DNA of 64,000 nucleotides from Scenedesmus sp. PABB004 (taxonomy: Eukaryota): the NCBI GenBank assembly GCA_014905635.1, contig JABVCE010000013.1:806001-870000 (forward strand). Direction: 5' to 3'. Below the pieces are notes generated by a model that was not told where the DNA came from, made no database searches, and worked only from the letters and a program-made list of their open reading frames with translations. The translations under genes and the position numbers were made by a program. Positions 23,741-34,504 of the stretch are shown in pieces. The stretch's first letter is position 1. Each line of letters begins with the position of its first letter.

Positions 23741-26195
23741 TCAGCTGGCCGGCGCGGCCGCCGCCTCCTTGGCCTCCGCCGCGGGCGCGCCGGCCGGCGC
23801 CTCGCCGGCCGCGGCCGCCGCCGCCGCCGCCCTGGCCGCCTTCTCCGCGCGCGCCTTGGCCTTCTTGCCCTGCCCCGGCGGCGACGCCTTGCCCTTGGCC
23901 TTGCCGCCCGCGTCGGCCGTGGCCGCCGCCGCCGCCGCGGGCGCGGGCTCAGTGACGTACGGCACCGCCTCGTCGATCCGCGCAAACACGGGCGCTGGCT
24001 CCGCCGTCGCGTGCCCCGCCGCGAGCTGGCCCCACGCCGTGTCGGCCCAGCTCACGCGGCCCTGCAGCGGCGCGCCGCCGAGGCCGAGCTGGCCGTACAT
24101 GCGCGCCGAGAGGCCGGGCGTGACGGGGCTGAGCGCGACCGCGAGGATGCGCGCCGCCTCGAGCACCGCGACGAGCACGCGCCCCGCGGCGGCGCGCTCG
24201 GCGTCGTCGCCCTTCTTGAGCGCGCTCCACGGCGCCGTCTGCTCGAGGTAGAGGTTGCCCGCCGCCGCGATGCCCAGGCACGCCTCGACGGCCGCGTGCG
24301 GCGACAGCCGCGCGTAGGCCGCCGCCGCGGCGGGCACCGCAGCCTCGACCGCGTCCCGCAGCGCGTGGCCGGCGCCGGCCGGCGCCGCCTCGGCCGCGCC
24401 CGCCGGCAGCGCGCCGCCGCAGTTTTTGGTGAGCAGGCCGAGCGTGCGGTTGAGCATGTTGCCGACCGCGTTGGCGAGGCTCGCGTTGACGGTGTCGCGG
24501 AACGCGGCCTCGCTGAAGTTGCCGTCCTGGCCAAAGGCGACCTCCTTCATAAAGAACAGCCGCACCGCGTCGGCGCCGTACCCCGCCACGAGCGCCTCGG
24601 GGTCGAGTGTGTTGCCGAGCGCCTTGCCCATCTGCGGCGGGGAGGGCGGGAGCGAGGGAGGGAGGGAAGGAGAAGGAGAAGGGGCGGCGGCGCGCGCGCG
24701 ACGCGTGACGGCGGCGCGTGCCGTGACGGCGCGCGCGGCGCGGGCGCGGGCGTGCGCGCGGCGGCGGCCCCTGCTGCGAGCGCTGGCGCGCCGTGGCGCG
24801 GCCCCGCGGCCGGCCGGCCTCAACCCTGAACCCTAGCCCACCTTGAGGCCGTCCTTGGTGAGGAAGCCGTGCCCAAACACGCGCCGCGGCAGCGGCAGCC
24901 CCGCGGAGAGCAGCATGCCGGGCCAGTAGATGGCGTGGAAGCGGAGGATGTCCTTGCCGATCACGTGCACGTCGGCCGGCCACCCGCGCGACAGCGCCGC
25001 GCCGACCGCGCCGCCGCCGCCGCCGCCGCTCGCGCTCGCGCCGTCGCCGTCGGCGAGCGGGACGAGGCCGCTGAGGTAGCCGTTGAGGGCGTCAAACCAC
25101 ACGTACACCGTGTGGTCCGCGTCCTGCGGCAGGCGGATGCCCCACGGCGACGCCGCGGCGGCGCGCGAGATGCTGAAGTCGCGCACGCCCTCGCGCACCC
25201 AGCCGAGCACCTCGTTGCGCCGCGCCGGCGGCGACACAAACGCGTCGTCGCCGTCGCGCGCGAGCAGCTCCTCCAGCTGCGCCTGGTACTTGCTGAGCGC
25301 GAAGAAATAGTTCTCCTCCTCGCGGTGCTGGCACGGCTTCCTGGCAGGCTCACGGCGCGGCGGGGCGCGGCGCGGCGGCGTGAGCGGCGGCTGCGCGCGG
25401 CCGAGGGCGCACGCGGCAGGCGGCTGCCGCTGCGCGCCCGGCGTGAGCTGCGCCGCGCCTGGCCCGAGCTGCCGCGCGCCCGGGCTGAGCTCCCCGGCCG
25501 CTGCCAGGGCTGCTGCCAGGGCTGCCAGGCTGCTGCCAGCCTGCTGCCAGCGCTGCTGCTCCCCGCGCCACGCCGCCCGCGCTGTGAGCGCCAAGGCACC
25601 CCCTTTCCGACGGCGCTTGCCCGCCGCACCTGTGCGTGGGGCAGGTGTGCTCGGCGTCGAGCTCCTTCTCGTCCTTGTACTCCTCGCAGTCGACGCAGTA
25701 CCAGCCCGCGTAGGCGGCCTTGTAGATGTCCCCCCGCTCCCACACGCGCGTGAGCACCTCCCGCACCAGGGCCTCGTGCCCCGGGTCGGTGGTGCGCACG
25801 AAGCCGTCGTACGCGACGTCCAGCGCCGCCCACAGCGCCTGGTACTGCTGCACGATGTCGTCGCAGTGCTGCTGCGGGCTCATCCCGCGCGCCTCGGCTG
25901 CGAGCGCGATCTTCTCCCCGTGCTCGTCGGTGCCGGTGAGGAAGCGCACGCGCCGCCCCGCGAGGCGCTGGTAGCGCGCGAGCACGTCCGCCGCGATGGT
26001 GGGGTAGGCGCTCCCCATGTGCGGCTTGGCGTTCACGTAGTACAGAGGCGTGGTCAGCGTGAACGTCTCGGCCTCGCCAGATGCCGAGCAGGCCGCGCGG
26101 GGCCGCGGCGAGGGGCGGGGGCGCATGCCCCAGCCTGGCCGCCGCCCTGCCAGCGCGCACGACGCGCCGCAGCGCCCCAGGGCGCGGGCCTGCAT
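23741..26195 (-). CDS. metG: Methionyl-tRNA synthetase, organellar (bacterial type), 3 exons
   Basis: TTPLYYVNAKPHMGSAY (HIGH-like), FLTGTDEHGEKI, YCVDCEEY, YVWFDAL, IGKDILRFHAIYWP, GLKMGKALGN (KMSKS-like). Confidence 0.95.
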
Positions 26196-26764
26196 CCTGG
26201 CAGTTGCCAGCGCCCAGGCCAGCGTGCAATTGGACCGGCGCGCCCGCGTCGTGCGGCGGTGCCGTGCACCGAGTGTGTGGTGCTGCTGCTGCTGGCGCCG
26301 GCGGCGGCTGCGGCGGCGCGGCGGCGCGGGCGAGCGGCAGCAGGGCGCCGCGGTGGGAGCTCCTGCCCGGCGTGGTGGCGGCACGGCGCCAATGTGCGGG
26401 CGCGTGCGCGGCGCGGCGGTTGCCGTGACGCAGTGCCTGCCGAGCTTCCGCGTCTCGCGGCGCAGCGGCGCGTGGATTACCGCCGCCGCCGTCTCAGCAG
26501 CAATGGGACCGTTGTTGCTGTGTGTCTCTCGATGGACGCGCTCGCGCGCCGCACGCACTCGCCGCGGCCGCCAACGGCGTGCCGCCAGCCAAATGGGCCA
26601 GGGCCCGCCGCGCCGGCGGCCCGGCCCATGTGGTTGTTCAGTTCACTCCGCACGCGCGCGCTAGCGCAACGGCGCCGACGAGGAAAATGGCGCGCTACGC
26701 CGCATCAGCTGCCCCCGCCCTGCCCACCCCGCCCCGGCCCCGCCGGCCGCCGCGCCAGCAGCGC

Positions 26765-28615
26765 TCAGGGCTGGTCCTTGATCTGTTTGCTGTTGACGTA
26801 GTTGAACCCCGCCACGCCCACAAGGCCGCCCAGCACCACCCAGAACGCGGCGAGCCCGATCACGCTCTGCGGCGGCGCGGCGCGGCACGGCGAGGTCGGC
26901 GGCGGTCGGCGCGGCCGCGGCGCGCGCGGCAGCGCCAAGTGGGAGGACCCGGCGCCCTGCCCCGCCACGCGCGCCCTGTGGCCGGCGGCGCACCTCGTAG
27001 TAGATCGCGGTCGCGCTGCCCGCGACGGCGACGATGCCGAGCGCGACGATGCCGACCGTGACGGTCGCGGGGTTGAGCGCGCCGGGCGGCATGCTGTCGA
27101 CGTCGGTGTACATGCTGGCCGACTCGGTCGCGGGGTCCATGCCCTCAAAGTACACAGTCGGCTGCACGGTGAACACGTTGTTGTTCTCCAGCGACGTGCC
27201 TGGGCAGCGGGGCCGGCGCGCGGGGCGCGTGCGGGCGGGCGTGAGCGCGAGCGGGCGGGCGTGAGCGCGAGCGCGGCGCGGCGGGGGATGCGCGGGGGCG
27301 CGGCAGCGAGACCGCGCGCGGCGCGGCGCGGCGCGCACCCGCGCCACCGCGGTCCGAGTAGGCGCGCACGCGCTTGTTGCTCACGTCGACGTACAGCGCC
27401 TCCTGCGCGGGAGGCGCAGTGGGGCGCGGCGTGAGGCCCCCGCCGCGCCAGCGCGCCAGCGCCAGCCCCCCGCCCAGCCCCACGCCCGCCCGCCCCACGC
27501 CCGCCCGCCTTCACAGCGCACGCACGGCCCAAGCTCTGCTAAACCACACGCGCGCGCGCCCAAGCAAAGCGCACCTGGGTGAGCTTGACTGGGTAGATGT
27601 CGAGCGGGCGGCACGTGTCCTGCGGCGTCAGCGCGCGCAGCACGGGGTTGCCCGGGTACCACGCCGCGATGCTGCCGTCCTTGAGGCTGAACAGGCTGCC
27701 CGTGGCGGGGCACTCGATGCAGTAGTCCTGCGCGCCGAGGGCGGCGGCGCGCGGGAGGCGGCGGGCGTGAGGCGGCGGAGGCGGGGCGGCTCGGGGCGCG
27801 GCGGCGCCTGCCGCGCCGCCGACTGCCGCTGCGCCTGCTGCTGCGGCTGCTGCTGCGCCTGCGCCTGCTGCGTCTGCTGCGTCTGCTTCTGCTGCGGCGG
27901 CTGCTGCGCCTGCTGCGCCTGCTGCTGCCGCGTGCGCCGCGCCGCGCGGCAGCCGCGGGGCGCGCGGCGCGCGCCTGCGTGAACTTGGCCTTGATGAAGC
28001 CCTCGCTGTACGCGCCCTCCGCGGGGCTGCGCGCCTCGATGGCGTAGATGGCGTTGCGGTACCAGAACATGAGCACCTGCCGCCCCTCGACGTCAAACTC
28101 CTTCCGCACGCCTGCGCGGGGCGCGCAGTGCAGCGGTGGCCTGAGCAGCGCGCAGCGGCGGCGGGCGGGCCAGCCGGGCGGCGGCGGCGCGCGCGGGGGG
28201 TTCGCTCTGCTGGCGCACCCTTGGGCAGGTCCTCTGGCCGGCAGACCGGCACCCACGCGTCGCCCTCGGGCGCGGCGGCGGCGGCAGCGGCGGCGCCGAG
28301 CGCAACCTCCTCCACTGCGGCGCCGGCGCCCCAGCGGCGCGCGGGTGAGGGGCGCCAGGGCGCGGGCGGGCGCTCGCGCCACGCGGCGCGGCCAGCGGCG
28401 CGCCGGGCGGGCGCGGGCGCGACGGGTGGCCCACCTTGCTCCGCTGCTGCCGCGCGCACGACGCGCGCGCGCGCCGCGGCGCCGGCCTGCTGGCTGCTGC
28501 TGGCGAGGCGGGGCCGCACCACCGGGCGCGCGAGGCCCAGGCCCCGCGGCGGCAGCGCCGTGTGGTGCCCGGCCGCTATGGCCTGGCGACCCGCGCGCTG
28601 CATCGTCGACGCCAT
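26765..28615 (-). CDS. PSB33: Thylakoid Rieske-like protein PSB33/TEF5/LIL8 (spliced)
   Basis: Transit peptide; WVPVCRPEDLPKGVRK, LMFWYRNAIYAIEARSPAEGAYSEG, IECPATGSLFSLKDG, SLENNNVFTVQPTVY; C-terminal TM helices. Confidence 0.9.
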
Positions 28616-28982
28616 GGCTGGCTGCGCGGCGCGGGACGTGTGGAGCAACGAGAGCTGCGTGACTGCTGGCGCGGCGGGAGAGTGGGCCATCGAGCGAGCG
28701 CGCTGCAGGACCTCGCGAGTTTGTGACGCAGTGTTTGCCGAGTTTTTGCCGCGGACCCGAGGCGCCAGGCCGCCCCGCAGTCCTCACGATCGCCCCCGCC
28801 AGCCACGACACCCGCGCGCAGCGGCCCGACGCTCTCGCCCGCGGCGGCAGCAGGGACCATCACAGCAGCAGCGGCGCCGCGGCGCGGCTCCTCCTGATCC
28901 GGCCGCCCGGGGCCGCAGCTCGGCCGCGCAAAGCAGAGTGCGTCTGGTCGCAGGAGGGCAAGCGCCCCCCGGCCCTTCCACC

Positions 28983-30113
28983 ATGGAGGCAGCAGCAGCA
29001 GCGCCGTCGCCCGGCATCCAGAAGAGCCTGGACCGCATCAACGCCCAGGTGCGCGGCCGCGCCGGCCCCTTCCGTGCCCCCTCGTCGGCGTGCGGGCCGG
29101 GAGCGGCGGCGGCGCCGCCTGCGCCTGCGCCGCCGCCGACCGCCGCTGCGCGCGCGCATGCATGCGCGTCGACTGCCGCTGCCGCGCGCCGACCGCGCCC
29201 ACCGCCGCACGCCGCGGTCCAGGTCGCGGCGGGCGCGGCGTACGAGGCGCAGCAGATGTACAAGACCGTCTACCACCGCTGCAAGGCGCGGCGTGCGGCC
29301 GCCGACGGCTACGCTGTGCTGCGCGGCGGCGCGGTCACGCAGCTGCAGGCGGGCCAGGTCACGTGCGGCATGGAGCTCGCCGGCCTGCTCGTGGCGGCGT
29401 ACGCCGCGGACGGCGTGCGCGCGGAGGGCGCGGCACTGCAGTCGCTGCTGGACGTGCTGGCCGCGCTGCCCGCGCCGCTGCCGGCGGCGGACGGCGACGA
29501 CGGCGCGGCCGCGCTCGGCGAGGCCGCGCGCTTCGCCGGCGCGGCGCTCAAGTGGGCGCACAAGGCGGGCGGCGACGCGGGCGTGCCGCGCATGCACGAC
29601 GCGTTCGCGGGCTGGGTGTGGGCGGCGTTTGGCTGGCGCGCGCTCGCCAAGGCCGCGCTGCACTGGAGCCGCGGCGCCGACGCGGGCGCGTACGCCGGCG
29701 CGCTGCGCGCCGCCGCGGCCGAGGCGGGCGGCGGCGAGTGGCCGCTGTTCGTGACGCGCGCGGTGCTGCAGACGCTCGCGTGCGCGCACGCCGCGACCGT
29801 GGCGCGGCAGCTCGCGCACGCGGGCGACGTGCTCGCCGCGTGCACCGCGCGCGACCCGGGGCTCGCGGCGCAGCCGCTCGCGCACTTTTGCGAGCTGCTG
29901 CTGCAGGCGCTCGCGCTGCGCAAGCAGCCGCTCGTGTCGCTGCTCACGAGCCGCTACTCGGCTGCGCTCGGAGCCGACCCGAGCTTCGAGGCCTACCTCG
30001 CGAGCATCGAGGCGCTGTGGTTTGACGTGCGCCCGCCGGGCGGCGGCGGCGGCCTGCTCGGCGGCCTGCTGCGCGCGATGCTGGAGGGCGACGAGCTCGC
30101 CGACGATGAGTAG
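28983..30113 (+). CDS. GET4: Golgi-to-ER traffic protein 4 (GET4/TRC35)
   Basis: GAAYEAQQMYKTVYHR, ALKW, EWPLFVTRAVLQTL, PLAHFCELLL, RYSAALGADPSFEAYLASIEALWF, C-terminal GGLLGGLL; intron 29049-29222. Confidence 0.9.
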   Translation: MEAAAAAPSPGIQKSLDRINAQVRGRAGPFRAPSSACGPGAAAAPPAPAPPPTAAARAHACASTAAAARRPRPPPHAAVQVAAGAAYEAQQMYKTVYHRCKARRAAADGYAVLRGGAVTQLQAGQVTCGMELAGLLVAAYAADGVRAEGAALQSLLDVLAALPAPLPAADGDDGAAALGEAARFAGAALKWAHKAGGDAGVPRMHDAFAGWVWAAFGWRALAKAALHWSRGADAGAYAGALRAAAAEAGGGEWPLFVTRAVLQTLACAHAATVARQLAHAGDVLAACTARDPGLAAQPLAHFCELLLQALALRKQPLVSLLTSRYSAALGADPSFEAYLASIEALWFDVRPPGGGGGLLGGLLRAMLEGDELADDE

Positions 30114-30196
30114 CGCGCAGGGTTTGCGCGCACCACGCGCCCGTAACCCCTCTCGCCCAGTGAGATCAACCGCTCCCCTCCCCCCTCCCTGCGCGA

Positions 30197-30877
30197 TCAG
30201 CTGAGGATGGCCTTGAACTCAGCAAAGTCTATCGTCCCGTTGAGGTCCAGGTCGGCCTCGCGCACGAAGCGGTCGATGTCGAGCGTGAGCTCGAACGCCT
30301 TGATCGTCGCGCGCAGCTTCTCGAGGCGGATGCGGCCGCTGCGGTCCGCGCCGCCGCCGAGCGCGACGAACGCGTCGAGCGTGTCGGTCTCGCAGCCAGC
30401 CGGCGCCGCGGCCTTGTGCTTGACGACGACCGCCAGGAACTCGTCGAACGAGACCTCCCCGCTGCCGTCGATGTCAACCGCGTGGATCATGACGGCCAGC
30501 TCCTCGTCGCTCGGCGTCTGCCCCATCGCAGCCAGCGCGGACCTGAGCTCGCGTGTGTCGATGGTGCCGCTGCCGTCCTTGTCGAAGCTGCGTCAGGCGC
30601 GGCGGGCGGCAGATCGCTTTCAGGAGGAAGGGCGCGCCGCAGGGGCTGCAGGAGTCGAGCGGCGGGAACGGCCACCGCGGCGGCGGCCGGCGTCGGCAGC
30701 GCCTGCCGTGGCGCACACGAGCTGGCAGCGCTGTGCTATCTGCCCAGCGCGCTGCCTGCGGGCTGCGGATCGTGCACGTGCGCGGCGCGGCTGCGAGCAG
30801 CGGCGCAGCGCTCTCGCTCGCCTCGCGAACGCCGTGCGGCTCAGCTCAAGCTCCTCCTGGCTCAGGCGCGCCGCCAT
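30197..30877 (-). CDS. DLE1: EF-hand calcium-binding outer-arm dynein light chain LC4 (calmodulin-like)
   Basis: FDKDGSGTIDTRELRSALAAMGQTP, VDIDGSGEVSFDEF, DTLDAFVALGG...GRI, FELTLDIDRFVREADLDLNG; DTLDAFVALGG matches LC4 rather than calmodulin or centrin. Confidence 0.85.
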
Positions 30878-31077
30878 CGCCCCCACGCAGCGCGCGCTGG
30901 GCGCTGCCCAGCACGGAGCGCGGGGGTGGAGCTCGGGCGCGGCGTGGTCAGCAGCGGCGCGCGCGTTTGGCGGCGGTCCGCGGACCGCGTGCTCGGGGCC
31001 TGGCTTCCAACGGCCTGCGCGCTCGAGTGTCCACACGCGACGCGGCGCGAAGGAATGCTGGCTGTCACCACCAGGGC

Positions 31078-33781
31078 TCACATGATCGCGCACCGCTGCC
31101 GCTGCGCCGCCGGCGCGGCGGCCGCCGCCGCGGCCTCCGCCGCCTCGAGCAGCTCCGCCGCCGCGGCCGCCTTGGCCTCCTCCTCGGCCGCCGCGGCCGC
31201 CGCAGCGGCCTTGGCGGCGGCTTCGGCTGCGCGGCGCTCCTTGAGCTCGGCGAGCCACGCCGCGTGCTCCGAGACCGCGACCGCGACGTCGGCCGGCGCG
31301 TAGGTGTAGCGGGGCAGGACCTTGCGGCCCCACGTGTCCCAGTCGGGGTGGTGCAGCAGCTCGTTCAGCGCGACGTCAAACACCTGGGCGGGCCGGCCGT
31401 GCGCGCGGCGGCCGGCGGTGAGCGGCGCCGGCAGGGGGGCGTGCCGGGCGGCCGGCGGCCGGCGGACGGCGCGGCGCGGCGCGGCGCCACACGCACCTCG
31501 CGCCGGAAGTCCGCCAGCTCCTGCTGCGCGGCCTCGCGCACACGCAGGCGGTCGCCCGTCCACTGCGCGACGAGCGGCGTGTCGTTGCCCCAGCCCGTGG
31601 GGAACGGCGAGAAGACGCTGCCGCTCAGCAGCAGCGTGTGCGGCGGCGCGCGCGGCAGCGAGACGCGCCCCGGCGCCGACAGCGACACCTCCAGCAGCTC
31701 CTGCGCGCGCCGGGCGGCGCCGGCGGCGGCGACTCGCGCGCCGCGCGCCGCGCCGCGCTCGCGCCCGCGCCACGGCGCCTGCCGCCGCCGCAGCGCCCCG
31801 CGCGCGCCGCGCCCCGAAGCGCCGCGCGCCGCACCCGCGGCATGATGCCGCGCACGACCGCGGCCGCGACGGCGACCATGTGCCGGATCTGGTGCAGCAT
31901 GAAGCTGTCGCCCCACACCTCCAGCCGCACGCACGACACGCCGCCTGCGCGCACGCGCGCGCGCGGGCGGCCGCGTCGGCGCGCCTCGCGCCGCACACCC
32001 TCCGCGCCCCCGGCGCCCTGCGCCCGCCGCGCCCCGCCGTCGCGCGCCGCCCCGGGCGCCGCCGCACGCACCCGGCACGAGCGGGCGCGGGTCGTCGGCG
32101 GTGAAGGAGCGGATGAGTCGGTAATGGCTCTTGACCACCGGGTCGTTGGGGTCGGGCGCGGTCAGGAACAGCGCCGTCTGGCGCCACTGCAGCGACAGCG
32201 GCACGGGGCCGTCGCCTGCGGCGGGCGCGGGCGCGGCTCGGCGGCGCGGCGCGGGGCGCGGCGCGGGGCGCGCAGGGAGCGGCGCGCCGGCGCGCGCCGC
32301 CTGGGGGGCGCCGCTCGCCTGAGTACTCGGCGGCGGCGGCAGCGTACTGCGCGACCTCCTCGGGGTCCAGCTGCCCCTCGGCCCCTCCTCCTCGCTCGCC
32401 TCGTCGGCACCGGTGCTGCTGGCCGTCGCCGTCGCGCTCGCGCTCGGCGCAGCGGCGCCGCCGGCGGCGGCGCCGCCCGCGTCGGCGGGCGCCGCGGGCA
32501 CCGCGCCGTCCGCCTCGGCCGCCAGGCGCGCGGCGCGGCGCGCCTTGCGCGCGGCGGCTGCGGGCGCGTGCGCGGGCGCGGGGGTGAGCGTCACGGTGGG
32601 CGCAAGCCCCCGCCGCCGGCCGCGCGCGGCGCGCGCACCCTTGGCCCGCTGGCCGACGTACTGCCGCCGGTTGCCGGCGTAGTTGTGGAACGGGAGGTAG
32701 CCGACGAACGCCGACAGCACCTCGCGCAGCGCCGCGAGCCGCGCGGCGTCGGCGTCGCGCGCGTCGCCGCTCAGGCCGAGCGCCGCGGCCGGCAGGTAGT
32801 ACTCGTAGGTGCGGCTGCCGCACCAGCGCCGCGCGTTGAACGACTTGTTGGTGCGCTGCGGCGCACGCGCCGGCGGCGGCGCGCTCGGTCGGCCGGCCGG
32901 CGGCGGGGCGCACACCCGGAGCGCCCGCGCGCCGCGCGCCTCCCCCGCCTCGGCGCGGCGGCCGCGCGGCGCGTGGGCGCCGCGCGCACCTGCACGCACA
33001 GCACGCGCACGTCGCGCGGGAGGTGCGCGTTGATGGCGCGCGCGTAGCAGATGCCCTCGGGGTCGCCGATGTAGCTGGCCTCGTCGACCATTACGCGCAG
33101 GCCGATCACGGTCGCGAGCGAGTGCACGCCCTTGTCCGTCCTGCAAGCAACACAACACAGCGCAACCACAACACAATCGGCGGCAAGCGCGGGCGCGGCG
33201 TCGCGGGCGGGGGCGGCGCGTGAGGGCGGGCCGCGGGGGCCACGGCGGCGCGGGGCGGCTCGCAGCGCGGCGGCGCGGGCGCGCCTGCTGCTGCGGCTCC
33301 ACTTGGTCTTGCGGAAGTCACCAAAGTTGGCCTCGCTGATCAGCCCCGCCGCGAGCAGCGCGCGCTCCAGCACGCCCTCGATCGTGGCCAGGTGCGGAAG
33401 CTCGCGGTTGGCCTGCAGGCCTGCGGCGCGCGGCGCGGCGCGGTGGGCGGCGCGGTGGGCGGCGCGGTGGGCGGCGCGTGAGCGCTGGCGCGCGGCGGCC
33501 GCCGCTGCGTGCCCCGAGCCCGGTGGGCTGCGCGCACCGGTATAGGCGGATCCGACGTAGCCCACGTGCAGCGCGACGTTGCGCTTGACCAGCTTCTTGG
33601 CCGGCGCCGGCTCGGCGCCGCCCTCGCCGGTCGCCGCGGCGGCGGCGGCGGTGGCGCACGCGCGCGGCGGGCCGACCTTGTTGGCGCGGGGGTGGCTCCA
33701 CCACGCGCGAGCGCGCCCGCCGCAGCGCGCGCTGCGCAGCAGCACCGCCGACGCGCAGCGCTTGCTGGCGTGCTGCAACAT
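31078..33781 (-). CDS. tRNA pseudouridine synthase TruA/PUS1 family (spliced, organellar-type presequence)
   Basis: [28 protein letters not shown] (catalytic Asp), [46 protein letters not shown]. Confidence 0.92.
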
Positions 33782-33796
33782 GCCGGCTGCTCGCCG

Positions 33797-33885
33797 GGGG
33801 CAGGCCCACGGTCCAGTCGCAGCCGCCGCTGCCGCCGCGCCGGCGCCGGGGGCAGGCCGGTCCAGTCGCAGCCGCCGCTGCCGCT
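33797..33885. repeat. Short direct repeat (GGGGCAGGCC..GGTCCAGTCGCAGCCGCCGCTGCCGC, 2 copies) just upstream of the TruA ATG
   Basis: Two near-identical ~40 bp units read directly. Confidence 0.8.
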
Positions 33886-34504
33886 GCTGCTGCCGCCGCG
33901 CCGGCGCGGGGGCGCGCTGCTCCTGCCGAGCAGGCGCGACGTGACGAGCGGTCTCGACGCTGCGACCGCGTTGGGCGAGCGGACGCGGTGCTGCGGTGGC
34001 CAGGGGCGGCGCGGCGCGGCGCGAGAGATGGGCCGCTGCTCGCGCGCGCTCCAAGCCTCGCGGTCTGGCGGCGGAGAGGAGTGCGGGGTCGAGGAGCAGC
34101 ACGGCCGACGCACCGGGACTGGGCGGGACGTCGGCGGCGGGCGAGGCGCACGCGGCGCAGCACGCGCGGCGGTGCACCGCGCCTGTGCCCTGGCGGCGCG
34201 CGCGCGAGCGGCCAACGCCGGCGGGATGGCAAAGCCCTGGGATGGCTGTTACGCAGAGCACGCCCGGCCTCAGGCCAGCGCGACGCGCTTGCCGCTCACG
34301 CTCAGGCGGCTGCTGGCCTGCAGCCGCGCCCACGCCTCGTCCTTGGCGCCGGCGCGCGCGCCGTCGTCGCCGCCGCCGCCGCCCGCCGCCGCCAGCAGCG
34401 CCGGCCACAGCCGCTTCCACTTCAGCGCCCCACCCGGCGCGCCACGCAGCTGCGCGACCGCGAGCTTGGCCCACTTGACCCGCCCGGCGCCGCCGGGCGC
34501 GTCC
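33873..34504 (-). repeat. Inverted duplicate (copy B, probable donor) of 8634-9266
   Basis: Contains the G-patch gene 3' end plus the G-patch/TruA intergenic region. Confidence 0.95.

Noticed and set aside
23741..26195. Bacterial-like MetRS (and ArgJ) as recent horizontal transfer
   Set aside because: They have transit peptides and spliceosomal introns, as expected for endosymbiont-derived nuclear genes
27590..28110. Rieske domain lacking CxH iron-sulfur ligands as a novelty
   Set aside because: Known property of PSB33/TEF5
8634..34504. Inverted copies as terminal inverted repeats of a giant transposon
   Set aside because: The repeat derives from host exon and intergenic DNA; no transposase or target-site duplication is seen and the interior holds ordinary genes
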